A DNA stretch of 64,000 bases from Alphaproteobacteria bacterium. Lineage in GTDB: Bacteria > Pseudomonadota > Alphaproteobacteria > GCA-2731375. The notes under the pieces were generated by a model. It saw nothing but the letters and a program-made list of their open reading frames with translations, searched no databases and had not been told where the DNA came from. The DNA lies in NCBI GenBank assembly GCA_965232515.1, contig CBDDPY010000002.1, positions 2,752,001 to 2,816,000 on the forward strand, written 5' to 3'. A program made the translations under genes and the position numbers. This document shows, piece after piece, positions 53,672-62,897 of this stretch (the first letter of the stretch is position 1; every line of letters starts with the position of its first letter).

Positions 53672-53889
53672 CAGAAGATATCCGGATTCTCTTCGATGTC
53701 TTCCTTGGCGGTCTCTTCCAGCTTCACGCGGACCTCCGCGTCGAGCTTGATGTTCAGGTTGATGGTGATCGGCTCCTTCGGCGCCTCGACGCGCACGGCC
53801 GGCGTGCAGGCCGCGATCCCGAACGCCAACAGGGCAACGGCCGCGAGCCGCGCACGGTTGGAAACGTGCCTGCAAAAAACATCGATCAT
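53671..53889 (-). CDS. ynbE: YnbE family lipoprotein
   Basis: Lipobox 'IAAC'; 'APKEPITINLNIKLD'. Confidence 0.85.
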   Translation of the reverse strand: MIDVFCRHVSNRARLAAVALLAFGIAACTPAVRVEAPKEPITINLNIKLDAEVRVKLEETAKEDIEENPDIF

Positions 53890-53912
53890 ACCGTCAACCC
53901 GAACCGGCAAGG

Positions 53913-56900
53913 TCAGCGGACGATAGCGCGCAGAGCGGAATCGGACAAGCGGAAGCCCTCCAGCACGGAGGCAAGGATTTGGTCGGCGTTGCCGCTGAGA
54001 TTGATGTTGATGGCGAAGGGATAGCCGTCCAGCACGTCGGGATTGCTGCCGGTGGTCTGCAGGCGGAGTTCCGTTTCGCCGTCGAGACGCTTGTCGACCG
54101 AGAAGGACAGGGTGTCGTACTGGAAGTTCTCGAGCGCCTGCAGCAGCAGGTCAACCGACTCGCCGCCGGATTCGAGCGCCTGACGCGCCGTCGGCGACCG
54201 GTAACGCAGCACGCCGCTGCCGGCCGTCCGCAGCGCACCGTCGACAACCGCGATCCGGTTGTCGCGGATCACGACCGGCAGCGATCCGTTCAGCACACCG
54301 GTGCCGGACAGGCCCTCGAGCTGAACGAGCTTGAGCAGCTCGGCGAGATCCACCCGATCAAACTGCAGGGTGAGACGATTTTCCGCCTGGCCGGTATCGA
54401 GCCCGGCATCGGCAAGCGATATCCGGCCACCGGCGAAAGCGACCGTGGCCGCGGGCAGATCCAGTCGGGCATTGCCGGCGTCGTCCAGGGCAAAACCGAG
54501 GCGCGCCGACAGATCGCGGAGCGGCACGCCCGCATCGATGGTCCGGATCGTCAGCGGCTGCGCGGGCCGGCTCGCCAACGGCAGCAGCGACGTGAAGTTC
54601 AACGTGGTCGAAAGTCCGGCAATGTTCACGCCCGCCGCCGTGAAGGACATGTCGGTGGCCCCCACCTCGGCCGTGCCGTCGACGCCATCCGCACCCCAGT
54701 CGACGGTCGCAACGGCATCGACGGCGCCGGATACGTCCGTGAGGTCCGACAGAAAGGCCGTCAGATCCTCGGGCTGCAGCGCGCCCGACGAGAAGGTGAG
54801 CGTCGGCACCTCGATGCGGGCGCGTCCTTCGGCGGCCGCAAGGTCATGGCTCCCTCGGATATCGATCTCGATGTCGGTGTCGGCGGTTTTCGGCCGCAGC
54901 GCGAACGTCACCGCGTCACCGTCGAGCACGGCGTCGCCGGCAAGCATCAACGGCGGCGCCGAGGGGTGCGCGACCTCGGCGACCGTGAACGCAGCCTCGA
55001 TTCGTGCCCCGGTCCCTACGGTGACGTCGATGCCGCCCGCCGTCAGGTCGTAGGCCGGCGCCTGCACGGTCTGTGTCGAAATGCGCGCGCGTCCTCTATG
55101 AGTGGCGCCATCGACCAGCGCGCCAGCGAGATCGATTGTCAGGGGCGTGATCCGGACCAGCGGCCTGTCGTCGCCGGCAACGACACGCATCTCGATATCG
55201 TTGCTGGTCAGGACCAGATCGTGCGGGACTTGCAGGGAATCGACGTCATCGAACGGCACGACAACGGACGTGTCGCCACGCGGGGTCAGCACCAGTTCGA
55301 GCGGCTGCAGCAGCTGTAAGGCCTCGGCGACGGCGACATCACCGAGTCTGACATTTGCCGGGCCCGTCTGCCTGGCGACGACGCGCGCGGGCGTCAGCTC
55401 GATCTCGAGTGGCAACTCGGCCGCGATATCGCGCGCCGCGATATTGCCCTGCGCCAGCGACGGCATGGCGGACGACAGCAAACCGCTTGCCGTCACCCGT
55501 TCGTCGACGAGGGTTCCGCTGGCCGAAAGTTGGATACGGGAGAAGCGTTGGTCCGCGGCCGACAGATCGCGCAGCTCGGCGTCGAGCCGGTCGAACGCCA
55601 GGCGGGCGAGCCGAGGTATCGGGGTCAGGCGTACGGTTCCGTCCAGGGCCGACGAAACCGATACCCGCGCCTTGCTCTCGCTCCAGACCGAAGCGATGGC
55701 GCTGAACGACGCCGTGTCCTCGGCGAAGGCGATCCGGGCCTGCGCGGCATCGGCGTGCCGGGCGCCGATGCTGGCCGAGAACGCGCCGGCGAACTGGCGC
55801 GCGAATTCCGGCGGCAGGCCCGCACGTTGCAACGCAGCCGCGTCGATTTCGGCGGCGTCGAGCAGGATCGGCGCCGGCAGGGTCAACATCAGCACATCGT
55901 CGACCGCGGCGAGATCCAAACCGGCCGTGGCCGACAGCCCGGCAACCAGTTGATCGTGCGCGACGTCTGTCAAATCGGCGGCGACGCTGGCGCGCCACGA
56001 ACCGGCCGTCAGGTACTGCACGATCGCGGCCGGCGCCGACGGTAGCGGGGCAGCGAAATCCGCACGGCCATCGGCGACAACCGATACAGTTGCCCGGCCG
56101 GCGCGGGGCGCCTCGGCGCCGACGAGCGACAGCAGGCTGGAGGCCGCGTCCACTTCGGCGTCGAGCCCAATTGCCATCCGGGGACGCAAGGGATCGTCGG
56201 TCTCCTCGGCCGACAGGCGGAGCTCGGCCTTGTGGTGCGGCGACGACACGGTGAGTTCGGCCGATCCGATGCCGTCCTGAAACCGCGTCGCGAACCGGCC
56301 CGTGCCGATCCGAATATCCCCCAGATCCAATGCCTGGAACGAAACTTTACCGTCCAAGGTTGGCACACGGTCCCGGGTGATAGCGCCTTCGATCCGTCCG
56401 GCGATGCCGACAGCGGTCAGGTCGGCCATGACGAAGCGCTCGGACGCCAGCGTGATTTCGCCGCTGATGTTACCCAGCAGCGACGCCGTTCCGCGTAGCT
56501 CGGCGTCCAATTGACCGAAGGCCGATGTGGCCAGCACCTTGGCTTCGACCGGGATCGCGTCCGGGTCTATTGGTCCCGCAGCGCCATCGATCCGAAGCGT
56601 CGCGTCGCCCCAGGGTGTCGGCGCCGACACCATCGCATCGTGCAATCGGATGGGACCGATGCGGATCGGCAGCGACAGAGGTGCACCGCCGTCGGTATCC
56701 GCGTCCGTCCGCATTTCCCGAAAACGCGCAATTGGTCCGCGGTCCAGCGCGCCGGCGTCGACGACCAGTCCCTCTATGTCGATGGAGTCGATCCGAGGCG
56801 GCTGAAGATCCAGCAGGTGGCGGAGGTCGTAGCTGATGACGATCCGCGCGGCTTGCACGGCTTCGCCCGCGGTGACGCCGGACAGGACGGCGTGCGAGAT

Positions 56901-57080
56901 CTCGACCTCGCCGACCTCGACCGTCACATCGGACAGACCGAGCGCGCCAAGGCGGTTATCGATCAGCGCCTGCAGCGCGCGCTTGCGCTCGACCGCGAGC
57001 AGGCCGAGGCCGAGGGCGGCGATCAGCAGGAAGACAATGAGTCCAATGGCAACGCGCCGAAGCACGCGAGGTCGCCTCAA
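53913..57080 (-). CDS. ydbH: YdbH (AsmA-like) intermembrane bridge protein
   Basis: N-terminal TM, long beta-rich body and C-terminal 'ALENFQY...GSNPD...NINL'; operon with ynbE-ydbL. Start uncertain (TTGA overlap with the SDR stop). Confidence 0.85.
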   Translation of the reverse strand: MRRPRVLRRVAIGLIVFLLIAALGLGLLAVERKRALQALIDNRLGALGLSDVTVEVGEVEISHAVLSGVTAGEAVQAARIVISYDLRHLLDLQPPRIDSIDIEGLVVDAGALDRGPIARFREMRTDADTDGGAPLSLPIRIGPIRLHDAMVSAPTPWGDATLRIDGAAGPIDPDAIPVEAKVLATSAFGQLDAELRGTASLLGNISGEITLASERFVMADLTAVGIAGRIEGAITRDRVPTLDGKVSFQALDLGDIRIGTGRFATRFQDGIGSAELTVSSPHHKAELRLSAEETDDPLRPRMAIGLDAEVDAASSLLSLVGAEAPRAGRATVSVVADGRADFAAPLPSAPAAIVQYLTAGSWRASVAADLTDVAHDQLVAGLSATAGLDLAAVDDVLMLTLPAPILLDAAEIDAAALQRAGLPPEFARQFAGAFSASIGARHADAAQARIAFAEDTASFSAIASVWSESKARVSVSSALDGTVRLTPIPRLARLAFDRLDAELRDLSAADQRFSRIQLSASGTLVDERVTASGLLSSAMPSLAQGNIAARDIAAELPLEIELTPARVVARQTGPANVRLGDVAVAEALQLLQPLELVLTPRGDTSVVVPFDDVDSLQVPHDLVLTSNDIEMRVVAGDDRPLVRITPLTIDLAGALVDGATHRGRARISTQTVQAPAYDLTAGGIDVTVGTGARIEAAFTVAEVAHPSAPPLMLAGDAVLDGDAVTFALRPKTADTDIEIDIRGSHDLAAAEGRARIEVPTLTFSSGALQPEDLTAFLSDLTDVSGAVDAVATVDWGADGVDGTAEVGATDMSFTAAGVNIAGLSTTLNFTSLLPLASRPAQPLTIRTIDAGVPLRDLSARLGFALDDAGNARLDLPAATVAFAGGRISLADAGLDTGQAENRLTLQFDRVDLAELLKLVQLEGLSGTGVLNGSLPVVIRDNRIAVVDGALRTAGSGVLRYRSPTARQALESGGESVDLLLQALENFQYDTLSFSVDKRLDGETELRLQTTGSNPDVLDGYPFAININLSGNADQILASVLEGFRLSDSALRAIVR

Positions 57081-57952
57081 TCGGGAATGTTGTAGTAGTC
57101 CGGCTTCGCGTAGGCCCAGTTGTCGCCCCACATCTGCTGACCGCCGTCAACGGTGATGCACTCGCCGGTGAGAAACTTGCCGGACGGGGCAGCGATATAG
57201 ACGCAGGCCTCGGCGACATCCATGACATCGCCGGTTCGCAGCATCGGATTGGCGTATTTGAACCGGGCCGATGCTTCCTTCGGATAGACGTTGAAACCCT
57301 CGGTCTCGACCACGCCCGGCGCGATGCAATTCACGCGGATGCGCAGCGGCGCCCATTCCACGGCCAGCGACCGGGAGAGGTAGGTGACGGCCGCCCGCGC
57401 AGCACCCGTATGCGCAATGTCCGGCATGCCGCGCCAGAAATTGGCGACGATATTGACGATGGATCCGGGATGTTCGGCGTCGCGCCAATGGCGGGCGGCC
57501 GCCTGCATCATGTACCAGGAACCGTTCAGGTTGGTGTCGATCACCGCGTTCCAGCCCTTGACCGAAAAGTCGATGGCAGGCTGCGGGAACTGGCCGCCGG
57601 CATTGTTGATCAGAACGTCGAGGCGGCCGAACCTGTCCCAGGCGGCCGCGAACATGGCGTCGACCTGCTCGGGATCGCGGATCGTCATGGCGTGCACGTC
57701 GACACCGGCGCCGAGGGCGCGTAGCCGCTCGGCCGTAACGTCGAGCTTGTCGCGGTTCCGGCCGCAGATCACCAGATCGGCGCCGAGGCGCGCGAACAGG
57801 AACGCGATCGCCTTGCCGAGGCCGCTGCCGGCGCCCGAGACCAGGACCGCCTGACCGTCGAACAGGCCGTCGCGGAACACTGTCGGATAGGCGGCCAGTT
57901 CGTCATCCGGCATCCCGAACGGCTTGTCGTCGGTCTCGGATTCGTTCGACAT
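57077..57952 (-). CDS. SDR family oxidoreductase (citronellol dehydrogenase / trans-2-enoyl-CoA reductase-like)
   Basis: 'SGAGSGLG', 'NNAGGQF' and 'HTGAARA'. Confidence 0.88.
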   Translation of the reverse strand: MSNESETDDKPFGMPDDELAAYPTVFRDGLFDGQAVLVSGAGSGLGKAIAFLFARLGADLVICGRNRDKLDVTAERLRALGAGVDVHAMTIRDPEQVDAMFAAAWDRFGRLDVLINNAGGQFPQPAIDFSVKGWNAVIDTNLNGSWYMMQAAARHWRDAEHPGSIVNIVANFWRGMPDIAHTGAARAAVTYLSRSLAVEWAPLRIRVNCIAPGVVETEGFNVYPKEASARFKYANPMLRTGDVMDVAEACVYIAAPSGKFLTGECITVDGGQQMWGDNWAYAKPDYYNIPD

Positions 57953-58033
57953 CTCACTCCCACCCCTGTCGCCGGTTCGTTATCCCACGCGTCGTCAGCG
58001 CGCCGGCAAGCATAACCGAACCGCGACGGCGGC

Positions 58034-59194
58034 TCAGCTTGATACGGCGGCGTCGAGGCTGTCGCAAATCCGGTCGATATCCGCCGGAGTCAGATAGGGA
58101 TGGATCGGCAGATTCAGAATCTCCCGGCTCACCGTTTCGGCCACGGGCAGCGGGCCGTCCGCATACGACCGATAGGCCGGCTGCGAATGCAGCGGATACG
58201 GATAGTAGACCGCTGTCGGGATGCCCGCAGCCTTGAGCGCCGCCGCGACGTGATCGCGCCGCGGCACCCGCACGGCGTAGCTGGCCCAGGCGCTTAGCGC
58301 CGCCGGATGCCGCGGTGCGACCGCCTGCACCACGTTCGCCAGCCGCGCATCGTAGCGCTGCGCCACCTGTTCCCGCGCCTCGAGCTCGGAATCGAAGATC
58401 CCCAGCTTGGCGAGCAGGACGGCGGCTTGCAGGGAATCGAGGCGCGCGTTCAGGCCGACCCGCTCGGACAGCATCATGTCCTCGCCTACGCCGTGATGGC
58501 GCAGGCTGCGCCACTGTGACGCCCGCTCGGCATCGTCGGTGAAGAGCGCGCCACCGTCGCCGTAACAGCCAAGCGGCTTGGAGGGAAAGAAGCTCGCCGC
58601 CGTCGCGTCGCCGAAACTACCGACAGCGCGGTCGTTGAGGCGGGCGCCGAAGCTCTGCGCCGCATCGACCAGCATGAAAAGATCATGCCGATGGGCGATC
58701 TCGTCGAGGGCATCGTAATCCGCCGGCAGGCCGAACAGGTCGACCGGCATCACGGCGCGTGGTGTCAAGGCGCCGTTCCGCCGCACCTGCGCCAGGCGGC
58801 GTTCCAGGTCGGCCGGATCGACCGTCAGCCGGGCCGGATCGATGTCGACGAAGACCGGCGTCGCCCCGGCCAGAACAACGGCGTTGGCGGAGGCCATATA
58901 GGTGAAGGCCGGCACGAAGACCGCGTCGCCGGCGCCGACGCCTTGGGCCAGCATCGCCACCAGCAGGGCGTCCGTGCCGCTGCCGACGGCGACGCAATGG
59001 CCGGCGCCGGCCCGAAGGGCGAGCTCGGTCTCAAGCTCGGCGATTTCCGGTCCGTTGATAAAGCGCCGATGCGCCAGCACGCCGGCAATCCGCGCGGCGA
59101 CGTCGGATTCGATCCGGGCGTGCTGCGCCTCAAGATCGACGAACGCGACGGCGGCGGCGGGCGCCGTCGTGACAGGTGCGGCAGATTGGCTCAA
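58034..59194 (-). CDS. DegT/DnrJ/EryC1/StrS sugar aminotransferase (GnnB/WlbC-like)
   Basis: 'FVDL..Q', 'SGTDAL', 'DAAQSFGA' and PLP lysine in 'SFFPSKPLGCYGDGG'; TTG start overlapping the upstream stop. Confidence 0.88.
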   Translation of the reverse strand: MSQSAAPVTTAPAAAVAFVDLEAQHARIESDVAARIAGVLAHRRFINGPEIAELETELALRAGAGHCVAVGSGTDALLVAMLAQGVGAGDAVFVPAFTYMASANAVVLAGATPVFVDIDPARLTVDPADLERRLAQVRRNGALTPRAVMPVDLFGLPADYDALDEIAHRHDLFMLVDAAQSFGARLNDRAVGSFGDATAASFFPSKPLGCYGDGGALFTDDAERASQWRSLRHHGVGEDMMLSERVGLNARLDSLQAAVLLAKLGIFDSELEAREQVAQRYDARLANVVQAVAPRHPAALSAWASYAVRVPRRDHVAAALKAAGIPTAVYYPYPLHSQPAYRSYADGPLPVAETVSREILNLPIHPYLTPADIDRICDSLDAAVSS

Positions 59195-60171
59195 GACGCG
59201 GCGCGCGTTTCCGCCACCTCGGGCGCGGCCGCCGAAATGGCGTCGTTCACCATCAGCGCCAGGGCCAGCGCGTTGCGACCATCCTGGCCGCTGACCAAGG
59301 GCCGACGGCCGGTCCGGATCGAATGCAGAAACGCCCCTACTTCCAGCGCCACGACGTCGGTCTGGGGAAATCCGTTGATGCCGCCGGTCAGATCGTGCCG
59401 CGCCGACGTCGAGATATCGCCGTGCCGGGCGTGGCGGCAGGTCCGGTTCAGGAAATCGACATCGACGTCGCCGTCGGCCTGGCCGATGCGGACCGTGCGC
59501 TCGGCGCGCTCGGCCGAGCGACTGGCATAGAGGTGCACCTCGCAGCCGCCGACGAAATCGACCCGCGCCTCGGCCTCGTCTTCCGAGCCGGAGTAGATGC
59601 TGATGCCGCTGGCGCTCAGACCCTCGATCTCGGTGCCGAGCAGAGATTGCGCAATATCGATGTCGTGGATCATCAGATCCAACACCACATTGCAATCGAG
59701 GCTGCGTCCCGTCGGCGGCGCCGTGCGGCGACAGACGATGGATCGTGGGCCGACCGTCAGCGCCGGCAGGTCGAGCTGGGCGGCGAACAGCCGTTCCTGA
59801 TGCCCCACCTGCAGGACGGTTTCCTGGCGCGCGGCCAAGGCAATCAGCTCGTCGGCATCGGTCAGCGTCGTGGTGATCGGCTTCTCGACCAGGACGTGAA
59901 CGCCGCGATCGAGGAAAAACTTCGCGATCTCGAAATGGGTAACGGTCGGCGTCGCGATGCTGACCGCGTCGACCAGGCCATCGAGCTGCCGATAATCGGT
60001 GAAAGCCGGCACACCGAAGCGCCGACCCGCCATATCGCCACGCGGCTGGTCGATATCAACGACGGCAACCAGTCGCACGCCCGGCAAATGAGCATACTTG
60101 TCGAGGTGGTACTGCCCAAAATGCCCGACACCGACAACAGCGGTGCGGAGGTCATTTGGTCCTAACGCCAA
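59191..60171 (-). CDS. Gfo/Idh/MocA oxidoreductase (GnnA/WlbA-like)
   Basis: 'VVGVGHFG', 'HVLVEKP', 'VGHQER' and 'DLMIHDID'; GGAGG RBS before TTG 60171. Confidence 0.85.
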   Translation of the reverse strand: MALGPNDLRTAVVGVGHFGQYHLDKYAHLPGVRLVAVVDIDQPRGDMAGRRFGVPAFTDYRQLDGLVDAVSIATPTVTHFEIAKFFLDRGVHVLVEKPITTTLTDADELIALAARQETVLQVGHQERLFAAQLDLPALTVGPRSIVCRRTAPPTGRSLDCNVVLDLMIHDIDIAQSLLGTEIEGLSASGISIYSGSEDEAEARVDFVGGCEVHLYASRSAERAERTVRIGQADGDVDVDFLNRTCRHARHGDISTSARHDLTGGINGFPQTDVVALEVGAFLHSIRTGRRPLVSGQDGRNALALALMVNDAISAAAPEVAETRAAS

Positions 60172-60252
60172 TGCCCCATCCTCCACGAATCGCCCAGAAG
60201 CATACACAACATGAGTCACCCGTCACCCTATAAGTGAGATCGGCTGCATTTG

Positions 60253-60269
60253 CGCAACAGCAGCGCCGA
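60253..60269 (-). promoter_or_regulatory. possible sigma-54 (-24/-12) promoter of the Gfo/DegT pair
   Basis: Minus strand TCGGCGCTGCTGTTGCG = GG-N10-GC with TTGC; AT-rich DNA upstream. Confidence 0.35.
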
Positions 60270-60464
60270 TCCCAATTCGGCAAGTCGGATATGGGCGTCG
60301 AGGCGAGATTTACCTGCGACAAACCTGAGTCTGCACTCGCGCCAATGCACGACAAAAAGCAAATAGCACAGATTTATCTAGGCGAATCGGTCTGATTTCA
60401 GTGAGAGATCAAATATTGCTTCAATTTGTAACACCGGTTTTGCGGGTATTCCCTCGGCATCAGC

Positions 60465-61343
60465 TCACGACAGACCGGCATACCAGTCCGCCACCGCTTT
60501 GCCGATCTCGTCGGGCGAGTCCTCCTGGATGAAATGGCTGCCGCGAACCGTGACTTCCGTTTGATTTGGCCAAGTGCGGCAGAACTCCCGCTGTTTGCCG
60601 ATCAGAATGGCGCCGGGATCGGCATTGATGAAGAGCTTCGGCACATGGCTGCCCTTCAGCCAATCGGCGTAGTTCCGGACGATCTCGACAACGTCCGCCG
60701 GCTTGCCCTCGATCGGAATCTGCCGCGGCCAGGTCAGTGTCGGCCGCCGGTCCTCGCCCGCTTCCTCAAAGGGGCGTCGGTAGACCGCCATCTCGTCGTC
60801 GGTCAACCCCCGCAGCACAGAGCCGGGCAGGACCCGCTCGACGAAAATATTCTTCTCCAGAACCATGGCCTCGCCAGCCTCCGACCGGAAACCCTGGAAA
60901 ACCGGCGTCGCCTCCTTGCTCCAGTCGTCCCAGGTGACCGGCTGCACCAGCGCCTCCATATAGGCGATGCCCTTGACCGCCTCGCGGTGCCGGTTCGCCC
61001 AGTCGAATCCCAGCGCCGAACCCCAATCGTGAATCACGAAGGTGACGTTTCCGGTGACGCCCAACGCCTCGAGGATGCCGTCGAAATACTGCCGGTGCTC
61101 GACAAATCGGTAGCTGTCAGGTCCGGCATTATCGAGCTTGTCGGAGTCCCCCATGCCGATCAGATCCGGCGCGATGCAGCGGCCCAGATGCTTCATGTGC
61201 GGCATCACGTTGCGCCAGAGGTATGAGGAGGTCGGATTGCCGTGCTGGAAGACGATCGGGTCGCCCTCGCCCATCTCGACATAGGCCATGGTCTTGCCCA
61301 GGACCTGGACCGCCTTCTTCGGATGTTCGGCCGCGGAGATCAT
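60465..61343 (-). CDS. haloalkane dehalogenase (LinB/DhaA-like)
   Basis: '[12 protein letters not shown]', nucleophile 'HDWGS', 'YMEA', 'WPRQIP' and 'HFIQED'. Confidence 0.9.
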   Translation of the reverse strand: MISAAEHPKKAVQVLGKTMAYVEMGEGDPIVFQHGNPTSSYLWRNVMPHMKHLGRCIAPDLIGMGDSDKLDNAGPDSYRFVEHRQYFDGILEALGVTGNVTFVIHDWGSALGFDWANRHREAVKGIAYMEALVQPVTWDDWSKEATPVFQGFRSEAGEAMVLEKNIFVERVLPGSVLRGLTDDEMAVYRRPFEEAGEDRRPTLTWPRQIPIEGKPADVVEIVRNYADWLKGSHVPKLFINADPGAILIGKQREFCRTWPNQTEVTVRGSHFIQEDSPDEIGKAVADWYAGLS

Positions 61344-61386
61344 CTGCTGTCCTTTCCCGTGATTGCCTGTTGCGCGCCAGGCGACG

Positions 61387-62175
61387 TCATGCGCCGTTGA
61401 ACGACGGCTTCTGCTTGGCGACAAACGCGGCGATGCCGCCGCTGCCGTCGGCCGTCTTCGTCATCTCGACGATGGCTTGAGCCTCCCGCTCCATCTGTCC
61501 CTCGAGCGTGTCGTTGAAGCTTTCGTGCAGCAGCTTCTTGACGGCGCCGTAGGCGCGGGTCGGGCCGGTCGCCAGTTCGTGGGCGAGCTTGCCGGCCTCG
61601 GCCATCAAGTCGTCGTCCGGCACGATGCGGTCGATCATGGCGATCCCGGCCGCCTCGTCCGCCGTCAGGACCCGGTTGGTCAGCATCAGCTCGCGCGCCC
61701 GCCGCAGGCCGATCAGGCGGGGCAGCATGTAGGTCGAGCTGCCGTCCGGCGACAGCCCGGCCGCCGTGTAGGCGAGCGTGAACTTGGCCGAGACACCGGC
61801 CAGCACGAGATCGGCGGCGACCGCCAGACTGAGACCGCCACCGGCGGCCATGCCGTTGACGGCGGCGATGACCGGTGCGTCCATGCGGGCGAAACGCGTA
61901 ACCGCGGCATGCAGATAGGTCGTCATCTCCTTCAGCAGCGCCGGCAGCCCGTCACCGGCGGCGGCAAATCCCTTGAGATCACCGCCGGCGCAGAACATAC
62001 GGCCGGCCCCGGTCAGCAGCACGGCCCGGATCTTCGGATCCTCGTCGCAGCGGATCGCCGCGTGCAGCAGTTCGCGGGTCATCTGAAGGTCGAGGGCGTT
62101 CGCGGCATCCGGCCGGTTCAGGGTGATCCGGGCGACGTGTGCGTCCCGCTCGAAGGTCAGCAATTCATAATCCAC
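61387..62175 (-). CDS. enoyl-CoA hydratase/isomerase (PaaG-like)
   Basis: 'FCAGGDL', '[10 protein letters not shown]' and 'GLSPDG'; GTG start. Confidence 0.88.
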   Translation of the reverse strand: MDYELLTFERDAHVARITLNRPDAANALDLQMTRELLHAAIRCDEDPKIRAVLLTGAGRMFCAGGDLKGFAAAGDGLPALLKEMTTYLHAAVTRFARMDAPVIAAVNGMAAGGGLSLAVAADLVLAGVSAKFTLAYTAAGLSPDGSSTYMLPRLIGLRRARELMLTNRVLTADEAAGIAMIDRIVPDDDLMAEAGKLAHELATGPTRAYGAVKKLLHESFNDTLEGQMEREAQAIVEMTKTADGSGGIAAFVAKQKPSFNGA

Positions 62176-62200
62176 GTGTCCCTCCCCGGGCCATCGCCCG

Positions 62201-62812
62201 TCAATCCTTGTCGGCCGCCCGTTCGGCCAGATGCCGGCTGGCGCGCAGAATGCGCTTCGATACGGTTTCGCTTTCAACCGCCCGCGCCAGCATCAAGCCG
62301 CCAACGCACAGCGCGAGAACCGCATAGGACTTGTCTTGCGCGCCCAGATCGGCGCCGTCGCTCAAGCAGGCCGCCATGCGATCGGCCGACTTACGCAACT
62401 CGGTCTCGAAGACACGGCGCGCGTCGGGCCCGTCGCGGGCGATTTCCGGCGACAGCGGCGGAAACGGGCAGCCGTCGCCCGGATCGTCGCGATGCCGGAC
62501 ATTCAGATACCGCCGGGCGATCCAGGCCAGCCAAGCCGCCTCGTCCAGGTCGGGGCGCGGCTCGATCCAGCGCTCGCGGTGGTTCGTCGCCGCCGACAGG
62601 GCTTCCGCGACCAGCGCCTCTTTGTCTTCGAAATGACTGTAGAAGCCGCCATGCGTGAGCCCGGCCGCCGACATCACGTCCGCGACCGAGGCGCCGTCTA
62701 TGCCGCGTTCACGGAACAGCCGTGCGGCCGCGGCGACGATGGTGTCGTGCGACGCCTGCTTTTGAGCCTGCCGCGACGTTGTCGACGCGCCGTTCATACC
62801 TTCGCCATGCAT
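62201..62812 (-). CDS. TetR/AcrR family transcriptional regulator
   Basis: HTH 'AARLFRERG...VMSAAGLTHGGFYSHFEDKEAL'. Confidence 0.93.
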   Translation of the reverse strand: MHGEGMNGASTTSRQAQKQASHDTIVAAAARLFRERGIDGASVADVMSAAGLTHGGFYSHFEDKEALVAEALSAATNHRERWIEPRPDLDEAAWLAWIARRYLNVRHRDDPGDGCPFPPLSPEIARDGPDARRVFETELRKSADRMAACLSDGADLGAQDKSYAVLALCVGGLMLARAVESETVSKRILRASRHLAERAADKD

Positions 62813-62865
62813 TTCATATGATGAACATCATATGAAATGATCAGCGTATTCCGCATTGCAGTCAA
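62810..62865 (-). promoter_or_regulatory. sigma-70-like promoter and perfect palindromic operator of the TetR operon
   Basis: TTGACT (62865-62860)-N17-GATCAT, overlapping CATTTCATATGATG-AA-CATCATATGAAATG (62810-62839). Confidence 0.75.
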
Positions 62866-62897
62866 CCGTTGATCGCGACCGGGTACGCTTTGGTTCG

